Part shown: in pieces, positions 53,519 to 64,000 of the stretch
How the letters are laid out: the number at the start of each line of letters is the position of its first letter
Numbering within the stretch: position 1 is the first letter of the stretch
Source of the DNA: Octopus sinensis
Lineage: Eukaryota
Direction of reading: 5' to 3'
Assembly (NCBI RefSeq): GCF_006345805.1
Contig: NC_043001.1
Location: forward strand, 96,906,001-96,970,000
Length of the DNA stretch: 64,000 nucleotides
Notes under the pieces: generated by a model
What the model was told of the DNA's origin: nothing
The model's input: the letters and a program-made list of their open reading frames with translations, nothing else
Database searches by the model: none
Made by a program: the position numbers and the translations under genes

Positions 53519-53639
53519 TCTTGATAGTATATCAATTGTTATTCATGCAGCCGCAAAAAATTAGACGATTGCAAAATAAGAAAGTTTACCATTACCCCTA
53601 CTTATTTACTGTCATATATATTTCTTTACTAGAATATAT

Positions 53640-53870
53640 ATTTCTTTACGATCCACAAGGGGCTACACATAGAGGGGACAAACAAGGACAGACAAACGGA
53701 TTAAATCGATTACATCGACCCTAGTGCGTAACTGGTACTTAATTTATCGACCCCGAAAGGATGAAAGGCAAAGTCGACCTCGGCGGAATTTGAACTCACG
53801 ACGTAACGGCAGACGAAATACGGCTACGCATTTCGCCCGGCGTTCTAACGTTTCTGCCAGCTCGCCGCCT
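53640..53870 (-). mobile_element. SINE family B (long tail), full length
   Basis: Near-consensus copy. Confidence 0.9.
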
Positions 53871-54422
53871 CACCCCCCACTTATTTACTGCCATATATCA
53901 GTAATAACCACCATATGTATGTAGGTAGCTAATTAACTTAATATTACATGTTGTGTATTTGTTTGGGAGATGTTAAAAATATCCTATTGGATTTTTGCTC
54001 TATTGAAAGATAAAACCTGGTATCGTAAACAGAGAAGATATTTCCAAGATATTTGTATAATTCTGACGATGGTTTTCTGATGATTTCTGTCACTTTCCTC
54101 ACGCTCAACTCATCATTGTGTCTCTCAATATATAAATAGAAATTCCAGATGAGGGTGTACTATGTACATATCTAATACCCTGTAGTTTCAGTTAATGAAA
54201 AAATGTCTTGATGTCTGTAAATGATATTTTAAGTAAATTTCATTTATTTAAAAACCTCCAAAGAAATCTTTTTGGTGATTAATGACTTCCTGTTCATATA
54301 TTGCCTCATCTCGTCGTTCATCAGAATCTATGTTACTTCATTCGACGAGGATGATTATACGTATTTATTCAGCTTACAACAAATCCTGCAAAAAGTTTTA
54401 CGCTCATAATTATCTAGGTTTA

Positions 54423-54578
54423 AGAGTGGGTATGTGGTAAATAGCTTGCTTAGGAACCACATATTTCCGGGTTCAGTCCCACTGCGTGGCACCTTCAGCA
54501 AGTGTTTTCTACTATGGCCTCAGGCCTTGTGAGTGGATTGGTAGACGGATGCTGAAAGAAGCCCGTCGTATATAAATG

Positions 54579-54648
<70 letters not shown>

Positions 54649-54870
54649 TTGTATGTATGTGTGTATACGTTTGTGTGTCTGTGGTTTCCTCCCAACATCG
54701 CTTGACAACAGATGCTGGTTTGCTACGTCCCCGTAACTTAGCGGTTCGGCAAGAGACCCCGATAAAATAAGTACTAGGCTTACAAAGAATAAGTCCTGAG
54801 GTCGATTTGCTAGACTAAAGGCGGTGCTCCAGCATGGCTGCAGTCAAATGACTGAAACAAGTAAAATAGT
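54423..54870 (+). mobile_element. SINE family A, full length
   Basis: Head, central (TA)n and tail are all present. Confidence 0.9.
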
Positions 54871-55754
54871 AAATCAGAACGAATAGAAACACTGACATTT
54901 TAGTTATTGACATCGAAGTAACGGGATGATGTAGGCTTGTATATTTCGAATCGTAACACTGCTCATGAAAGGGATTATTTTTGTTAAGCAAGAATATCAA
55001 CTTGCGATAGTACGTGGTTATTTCCTTAACCATACGGATTTTATTTGTATATTAATATGAAAAGAACTTTGCATATTAATTTCGGCGAACTATGGACGTT
55101 TTTATAGGTTTTGAGATCTGTCAAACGAGTCCTCGTGTCAATGACCTGTAAATGTCTTGTATTTACGTAATCATAATAAAAAAAAAACTATAAGAGATCT
55201 TTCACTCTGTACACACAACCAAGCCAGATGTTTCTGCACAATTCCCTGTAATTTTCCGTTTATTCATTTTAGGAACACACACCCCCCCCCCCACACACAC
55301 ACACACGCACACACATATATATGTTCGTCTTAGCGATTTTTTACACCAACTTATTTCAATTTATGTTTGCCTTTGTAAAAGCTATTCTGTGTTTGTCTTC
55401 CTGCCATCACAAGCAGTTGTGTATTTCCCTTTTTTTTTTAAATATCAGTTTTATTCTCTTCTGTATTAATTGTTTAAAAAATAGTCTTATCTTGAACAAA
55501 TGCTGTGTGAATTTCACGGAACCTTTATTTGAATTTTTGAATATTCTACCGCTTTGTGTGAATCTTTGTCTTTCAATTTTACATGGCTTTTATTTTCAAG
55601 CTAGATTTTGGTAATATTTCATTCTTTTTATTCCATTTATCAGGAAATTTTTGCCGCAAAATAAATAACTCTATTATTTTGAGTTTTTCACGACTTTCCT
55701 AGGAATGAAAAAAATTAAAAAGTATTCAAATAAACAGGATAAAATATTTAGCCT

Positions 55755-56169
55755 TTTATTTCTGTACTTGTACCAGTCATTTGACTGCGCCCATACTGGA
55801 GTATCGTATTGAAGGGTTATAGTCGAAGGAATCGTCCTGTGGACTTACTTTTGAAGCATATTACTTACTCTATCGGTGTCTTTTACTGTACTGTAACATT
55901 ACAGGTGTGCAAACACACCAACACCGGATGGGTTGTCAAGTAGTGCTCGGGAGGGACAAACTTAGACACAAAGACACACGTACACACACACACACACACA
56001 TGTAATATAAATATACGACAAGCTTCTTTCAGTTTTCGTCTAACAAACACCCTCACAAGTCTTTGGTCAGCCTGAGGCTATAGTTAAAGACATTTTCTCA
56101 ACGTGCCTCACATTGGGAATGAGTCCGAAGCGATGTGGTTCGAAAGCAATGCTTTCCCTACACAGCCAC
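55755..56169 (-). mobile_element. SINE family A, diverged
   Basis: CAGTCATTTGACTGCG...CAAACACACCAACACCGG...CTTCTTTCAGTTTTCGTC...CACAGCCAC. Confidence 0.8.
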
Positions 56170-56220
56170 AAAATGTAATTATGTATACATAGATACTAGT
56201 TTACAACATGATATTAGACG

Positions 56221-56260
<40 letters not shown>

Positions 56261-56284
56261 TCACACACACATACATATATATAT

Positions 56285-56473
56285 AGGAGCAGGAGTGGCT
56301 GTGTGGTAAGTAGCTTGTTTACCTCCCCGTAACTTAGGGTTTCGGTAAAGGAGACCGAGAGAATAAGTACTAGGCTTACAAAGAATAAGTCCTGGCGTCG
56401 ATTTGCTCGACTAAAGGCGGTGCTCCAGCATGGTCGCAGTCAAATGACTGAAACAAGTAAAAGAGTAAAAGAG
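56285..56473 (+). mobile_element. SINE family A with central deletion
   Basis: Head joins the tail directly at CTTGTTTAC|CTCCCCGTAACTTAG. Confidence 0.85.
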
Positions 56474-56523
56474 TATGTATATATATATATATATACATGC
56501 ACGCATATATATATATATATTAT

Positions 56524-56576
<53 letters not shown>

Positions 56577-56929
56577 GCACAAACACAGACAGACACACTC
56601 ACACACACGTACATATGCGTTTGTCACTCTCTTCAAAGACAACCTATTAGCTGCTCAGCTTTTGCCGGACAACTTTCATAAATGTTTTGTTTATAGTGAT
56701 CAAATGTTCGTGTCACTCATTAACCCATTCTCCCCATCAAATTGATGTTGTCTGCACAGGTGTCGAAGTGTTAGTGTGCCTCTCCAGATTTTCTATAGAC
56801 TTTAACGCCAGCATTGAATAGAATGACCTTTCGTATACGAAGACTCGTTGAGATACACTTAGAAATGAAAACAACGCTCCACTATCATATAGTAGGATAC
56901 GCTATTGAATAACCTTCAAAATATACTTG

Positions 56930-57094
56930 ATAGTTGTCAAGCCAGCGGGTTCTTGGTTGGCCTCTTCCTCTCTTGCCACTGACCATTCCGAGCGTGATGC
57001 CCTTCTCCAGGGATTTTCTCCGCATAGTATGACCAAAATATGCCAATCAATGCTTGGTGATCCTAGCCTCCAGCGACAGTTTCGGCCTGATCTG

Positions 57095-57095
<1 letters not shown>
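56930..57095 (-). mobile_element. RTE/BovB-like LINE 3' fragment
   Basis: [45 protein letters not shown], the RTE C-terminal GH..RR...G.R.RGRP..RW.D motif. Confidence 0.75.
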
Positions 57096-57141
<46 letters not shown>

Positions 57142-57375
57142 GCTTGTATTTATAGGTATGTATATGTATGTATATATATATATACATGTATATATATATA
57201 TATATATGTGGATCTTAGTAATGTTCCTTTAGTTCCTGCTCGTATTGCCTCCACTCAGATTAAGAAGTGGAATATCGCTCATTTGGAGCACTACAACTCC
57301 AGTCTGTATTATAATTTTGAGTATTGTTATTCCTATCTCAAGATATAACTGTGTATTCTGTATTTCATATGCTTG

Positions 57376-57466
<91 letters not shown>

Positions 57467-59726
57467 TATGTCTGTGTGTGTATACATATGCATGTATATA
57501 TATATATATATATATGTTTGTATATGCTTGTATATAAATATATGTATACATGTGTGTGTGTTTGTGCGTGTGCGCATGTGTATTATGTGAAAACATCGCA
57601 TGTGTATATGTATATATAATGTTGGACATAACAATAATACATTGGTAGTGTAATGTTTGCGAGACATTTCCAAATCGTTGCCAACATATTTTATTACTTG
57701 TTTGATGATCTCATTGTCTACTCTTTTAAATTATTTGTTTCTTTTCATGTCTGAGATTTAGTTTAATACCATTGTTCTCCTTTTATACGAGTTAATTTTT
57801 ATTTTTCTCTTATTTTGACATTTATGTCGTACAATAGGTCATCTATTGTGTCGGTTCATTGTAAGTACACATTTTAGTTGTTTTAAAATGTGTTGATGAT
57901 CGCTGTCTGTCCTTGTCATAAACAGTTCTATTTATGACTGGTATTTCTAAAATTCTTCCTATAATATTCTTAATGTATAGCAGTCAATTAACTCCAATGC
58001 TTTCTGCTCAAAATTCTATACAAATATTTTGAAAAAACATAGTAACTATTATTTTACTTAGATAGCGTTTAGATTATATATTCGTACGAAACCCAATCTT
58101 GTAGTTTATTTAATTCTGAATATAGAAATAACTTCTGGTGACATGCAAAAACATTTCGGCTGTTATGAATTACGTTGCATATCGATACAATTTTTAGAAT
58201 TCTATGTTATTTCTAGTATTTTTATTTTTATACTTCGTTTCTAGATATAGCTTTCCATTCTAATTCAAAGTTACAACAGTAGATGTGAGATATTCAACAA
58301 AAAATTGAAGACAGCATTCCTGCACGCATAGCTCTTATTGAATAATGATGTCGCATGCATACACACATATACGCATTCCACGTACAAAAGCGCGTAGTCT
58401 CACGCACATATCCAAAGGTACAAACTCACTTCTACACGCACGCACAAACGTACAATTCCTCGCAAATATATATATATATATATATGTGTGGTGTGTGTGT
58501 GAGTGAGTGTGTGTGTACAAACATACATACATATATGTGTGTACGTATATATATTTACATACTTGTATATATATACGTACACACACATACATATATATAT
58601 ATATGCATATCTATATATATATATATAAATATGCATATATGTATGTGCATGTATGCATATATATATATAAGTGTATATATATGCATGTATGTATATATAT
58701 ATGTGTGTATGTGTTTTTATGTCTGTTGCATGTGCGTGTGGGTGTGTATGCGTCTGCTTATGTTTATGACAGTCTATATTTGTCTGGAGAATCCACCTTT
58801 GCGATGTTTTATGATTGACTGTTAGCTATACATTTAATAAATGAATGAGTGCACTGAATGAATTAGATAAATATCGAGATAACACAAATGGTAACTGGAA
58901 TTATACGCTAGAGGTGGAAAACAGCAAAGGAACTATTGAATTTTCACTCAGATATGATTTCTGCAGAGAATTAACGATGGCCAACTGGCGTAATGACTGC
59001 GTGAAGCAGAAGATTATGTTATGTTAGGTGAAAGAAATATGTGTAATAGAATGCAAACCGCTTCTGGAAGATACATTTCAAATGAATACACTAAGTTTCT
59101 TTTGTCGAATTTGTTGTTATATTTTCTTTCTGTATTTGATTATGTTTTCTTCATATATTTTATTGCTTTAGAAAAAAATGGCAATGTATTTGTCGATTAC
59201 TACCATACTATTACAAAGGAAGACGTATATATATATAGATTTATCGATAGATAGTAATATACATGAGCAAAGGAATAACGTATACATGCAAAGAAACAGA
59301 AACACAGAATCAGATTCCTAGCAACAACGAACTACGCATAGACGTACTATGAGGAAGATGACATTTAAAGACGTGTAATGTTCGCAAATATAAAAGACTT
59401 ATAAAATACTTTGTTGTCGCATAGTCATGCTTCTAATACATTTTTTTCGTGTAGATATTTTTGTAGATATTTTCGCACTGTCTTATGACGATATGGCCGT
59501 ATTGCTTATAACATACCTAGGATTAGAGCCGAATAAGACAATGTATAAATTGACTGTTATATGAAATAACAAACATATTTGCCGATCACGGTCTTCATAT
59601 CACCATCTTCGCAAGCGAACAACATTACTGTTAACTGAGTTTCTTGATAAGTATTGTCTGCACAATACTTATCTGAAATAGACCTGTTATATCACAATTC
59701 TACACAGTGACTCTGTGAGCTACGAA

Positions 59727-59946
59727 ATCCTCGTCGCCTCGGCTGTGTAGACTAGAGCACAGTAGAGTAGCAGAGCGAAGAGTTGACTAGAGGTAATCCG
59801 AACGTGCGACATGACTAGTCCTCTAGTCTCTCTCTGTCTCTTTCACACTTTCATTTCCTCTAAGACACGCTATCGCCTCAGTTCTGTTATCCATCAAAAT
59901 TTTGTGCAGATTGCTAAAAGACTGGCTGCGCTCAAAACGTGTTACA
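59727..59946 (-). mobile_element. Possible LTR remnant with primer-binding site
   Basis: Minus-strand block TGTAACAC...CTACACA (59744-59946) followed after 5 nt by GGCGACGAGGAT, complementary to a tRNA-Ser(GCU)-type 3' end. Confidence 0.35.
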
Positions 59947-60415
59947 AGTGCCCTGTTTCATAAGATATAATTCGTAGAAGACATTTTCTCGTTATCATTC
60001 ACACACGCCTGACTCGGGCTCAGAAGCTACAGCCTGAGATGTTATCTATAATTTCAAAAATTAAAAGTAATCCAAATTCAATGTTTTCTTGAAACAAAAT
60101 TTTGTATTTAGATTAGGATTCAAATTCCAATCTATGAAAAGTTTCCGTTCTACAATATTCTTAAAGGGACGAAAAATTATCCAGCAACTCCGGCTAATAC
60201 GAACGAGCCTGGTAGTTGTAAAAGACTAACTGACATCTCTTGTCAGATCGCTGATGTTTGTTGTGTACTCCGCTGTCGCTATTTGATTGCTGTTATTCTG
60301 TGTGTCTGTGTGTAAAGGTCAGTTGTGTTATGTAGGGTTGCTTTATTTTTACGCTTAGCTTAGAAATAGAGAAAGGGGGTGGGGGGGGGGACAAAAACAG
60401 GCACACAAAAACAAT

Positions 60416-60500
<85 letters not shown>

Positions 60501-60666
60501 TACGGTGGGCTTCTTTCAGGTTCCGTCTACCAAATCCACTCACAAGGCTTTGGTCGGCCCGAGACTATAGTAGAAGACACTTGCCCAAGGTGCCACGCAG
60601 TGGGACTGAACCCGGAACCATGTGGTTCGTAAGTAAGCTAGTTACCACACAGCCACTCCTACGCCT
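60501..60666 (-). mobile_element. SINE family A, 5' half
   Basis: Near-consensus head up to the central (TA)n. Confidence 0.9.
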
Positions 60667-62079
60667 ATTTATTTATTTAATATTATTCTATAACTGAAGA
60701 ATTATTATATTCAACAAATATACAACATATACATACATATACATAAATATATGGCATATATATATATATATTATATAATATATATATATATATATACATA
60801 TACATCTGTATGTATTTATATATGTATGTGTATGTATGCATGTATGAGTGTACGTATTTTTGGGTGCGCGCGCAAGTGTGCACGTGCGTGTACCAACACA
60901 CTTCACTTTAGTAAGTAGTGAATAAACAGATTTAGAGTTCGCCCGTTTTCTGCTGTGGTGAAAATGTTTCTGTTGGTACTTGCAGCACCGTGATTAGCAT
61001 CGCTGGTCACGTGAAAATTGTTTAATAAGAGACCAGGAATTGGGAAAAAATTTTAAAATAAAACAGAGATTAGTCCCATCACTACAATAAGATGTATTTG
61101 TACACATTTGTGTGTTTGTGTCATTGCGTGTTTATGCGATTGGAAGAGAGCCAATACATCTTGTTTATATATTTTGATCAATAAACAGTTGATTCAAACT
61201 TTGTGTTCCTTTAAACCACTTAGATTGAATTATTTTTCCATTGTACTGTATTGAGTTTATTCCCACTCACAATAAGATGGCCTGCTACTTCTTGTATTTA
61301 ACCAACCATATTTTAACAAAATATTTAGCACAGAACTGCATTCAGTGGTAACTCACTGATGGGTAAGACTGCTTATTTCTTCTCTTAGTTATACGCCAAC
61401 AAAACGCGACATAGATTGAAGTCGGAAATATGTCAGCAACCCGCGACATAGCATGGAGTCAGAAGTATGCTAAATTGGCGCTTCGTTACAAAAGAAAGAA
61501 TTTGCACACGCAAGGACAAGTATTTTGGTGAAATTAATTTTGTCTTTCACAACCGCTATTTTATCACATGCGCATGAAGCGTATTTTAAAGTTGCTTTAA
61601 GCATGAAAAGACCTGGAACAATCTTTGAGGTTACAATCAGTCGAACAAAGTTGAACTTGTAGTAACCGAAGGAACTGAGTTTTCAACGAAATCTAGATGA
61701 AAGCTAAAAGGTCTGGAAATAACAATAACGCGTTATTCGATTGAGATCATTGAAAAAAGACAAGACGCTTCATGATCCTGCATTCCTCCATGTGGTGGGT
61801 TTCCAGAATAGATATTTAAATGTTTTGGATTCGAAACCCAAGATGATATAGACGAAATTATAACCGTTAAAGCAACGATCTACAAGTAACAACCGCGAAA
61901 AGAAAAAAAGAGTTCATTACATATGTCCGTTGCTTACTTTTCAGTAGAAATCAATAACGATTGAAGAAGTTTGATACATTATTAACTGACATTAGTCTGA
62001 AAGCAAAATTCTGATTTTAGGAAATTACTGGAATAATTTACCGGAGACAAGATCGTATGTGGAATGCTAAGTAAAAGCA

Positions 62080-62250
62080 TCTGGGGGTTGCTGCACCAAA
62101 ATTATTTCATATCAAACATATTATGGACAAATGTCATGGTAACGGAACAAGCACTGGAACAGACGTAAATGAAGATTCTTTAATTTCAGCCGTGAATATA
62201 TGGTGTGGAAACAAGACACTGCATCGTGTTATTGTATATACAGCGTATGG
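62080..62250 (+). mobile_element. Possible Tc1/mariner-like transposase relic
   Basis: FISNILWTN and SAVNIWCG in different frames resemble the 'NILWTDE...SVNVWCG' motifs. Confidence 0.3.
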
Positions 62251-64000
62251 AGTTGGACAAAATAACTTGTGTATTCTTTTTCAAGTTATTCTTTACGATT
62301 ACTTAAAAATATTCGACTCCCAAAGTGTTAACAATAAGTTAATGAAAAAATAAAAATTTAACATCGACCGGAAATTTTCACTATCAATAAACTGACGTAT
62401 GGAAAAAAAATGAAACAGAGTAAATAATTGAAAAATAAAATGAGATATATAATATAGAAATAAGTCTAAACGAAAGTGAACTAAGTTAAGCTTGGCTAGT
62501 TTTCAAATTGGTTTGCTTATCGATTTGTAATCATCGAGTCCCCAAAATAAGTTATAAAATATATACCGTAGTGAAATATTCTATCCTGTGAAAGGCACTT
62601 AATTTTACTTTTGTCCATTACGGTTGTAAGATATATTTCTTACAAGTCGACAGCAGCGAATCTGTGAAGAAATATTTGCATCGCCTCTTGGGTTTTTGCT
62701 TTCACTGCAATTTCGATGAGCTTGCCTTCGATAATCAATACAGATATTTATTTATTGTTGTTGTGTTAGCTTAATTTGTAACCGGAATAATGTCTTAGAT
62801 GTGTTTCATAAAGGGCTTGAAGAATTTTTATTGTCCAATAAACATGTCAGCATGGAATACACTACCCTGTCCGTTGGTCAGTGAATTGACTGCAAATAGT
62901 ATAAAAAGCAGTTTGAATCTCGTTCAGGAGATGATGTTTTAAAGTAGATAAATAACTTTTGTTCCAACGGGTAACGAAAGAGTGGGGAAAATACATTATA
63001 AAAGTGTCTTGAACAAGAAAAAGAAAATAATAGGGAAAATAATTACACACATCCTATAGTTTGGGTATTCTGCTACGTATATCACGGAAGCTATTGTCCC
63101 TCTGGGGTTTCATGAAAACGCAAGTAGATTGCAGTTTTTATTTTTCCTTTCAAATATCTGAAAAAGTTAATTCGTAGTTTATGTTAAGTTTCTATTCAGG
63201 ACGTGCTCTTTCTTCCAACAAACGAGAGATAGATGGAAAAAAAAGGTCACTACACTCGAACAAAAAGTATATTACTATCTGAGTTGAAAATATTACATGC
63301 CTTCTCACGAAAGAATATTGCTCGGCAATTCATCTCCAACGGTTAGATATTCTTGTGGAAATGATATTTACTCGTAATATCTACGTACAGAGATAACTGA
63401 TGTAGAAGGGTTTAATTTGCAGCTGCTGCATATCAGAAGTTTGAATTCATTACAAAACCCTATAATCAAGGCCAGTTCATCCATAACGATTAAACTTTTG
63501 TCTAGTTATAATGCAACTAGAACTATATAATTGTGTATGTACATACACTTTCTAATTATGTGCGATGTGAAGAAGCTCTGCATGCCATTGATAGCATTTC
63601 GAGTTATTACATAAGGTGTCCGTGGCTGGTTTGTTGTAGATGAGTGTACAACATTGTAGTAAGCACACAAAAATGTATAATTTATATGTTTAGAGCATTC
63701 ACTAACAACCAGTTTTCAAATTAGTTTATCCCAATAACTTCAAGAGAGGTGATAGACTTTAACAGGCTCGGTATTAGATAGCGAAATAGATTAGGACAAG
63801 CGATCACAAACTCACTATTTATGGCATGCTTTTCGATTTTGCTAATGTAACTACTTGTAACTACATGTGTTTTCGTCACATTCACTCACAAGCATTCACA
63901 TATCTGTATGTATGTGTCTATCTATTAACTATGCTTATATGTATGTGTATGTATTTATATATGTATATATATATGTATACATATTTATGTATGTATATAT

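Noticed and set aside
58845-59027. ORF containing NYTLEVENSKG, reminiscent of an Ig I-set F-G strand
   Set aside because: The rest of the Ig pattern is absent and no consistent splice sites frame it. Compatible with chance.
61399-61470. Imperfect 36-bp tandem duplication (CGCGACATAG...GTC.GAA.TATG)
   Set aside because: Only two units, and stops occur in all frames from the nearby acceptor. Most likely a local duplication.

Overview
An AT-rich, microsatellite-saturated metazoan window. The SINE repertoire and the (TA)n/(TATG)n/(TAA)n load look like an Octopus genome (inference from pattern recognition). No intact protein-coding gene is visible, and nearly all supplied ORFs are microsatellite translations. 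The window is a mosaic of tRNA-derived SINEs (at least five families) and decayed retroelements: Penelope-like (PLE), Dong/R4-like and CRE-like RLE LINEs, a Tx1/L1-like LINE, RTE 3' ends and a Gypsy pol. It also holds DNA transposon relics (hAT, Tc1/mariner, MITE-like foldbacks), a 100-N gap with duplicated flanks, and a few unproven exon candidates. The main unexplained signal is a set of minimal type I hammerhead-ribozyme-like folds in PLE terminal repeats and small PLE-like repeats. Between them they show all four Watson-Crick combinations at core positions 3 and 8: C3-G8 at 24715-24817, G3-C8 at 26913-26964, A3-U8 at 42731-42767 and 44285-44321, and U3-A8 at 47973-48053. All folds were assigned by eye and none has been tested for cleavage.
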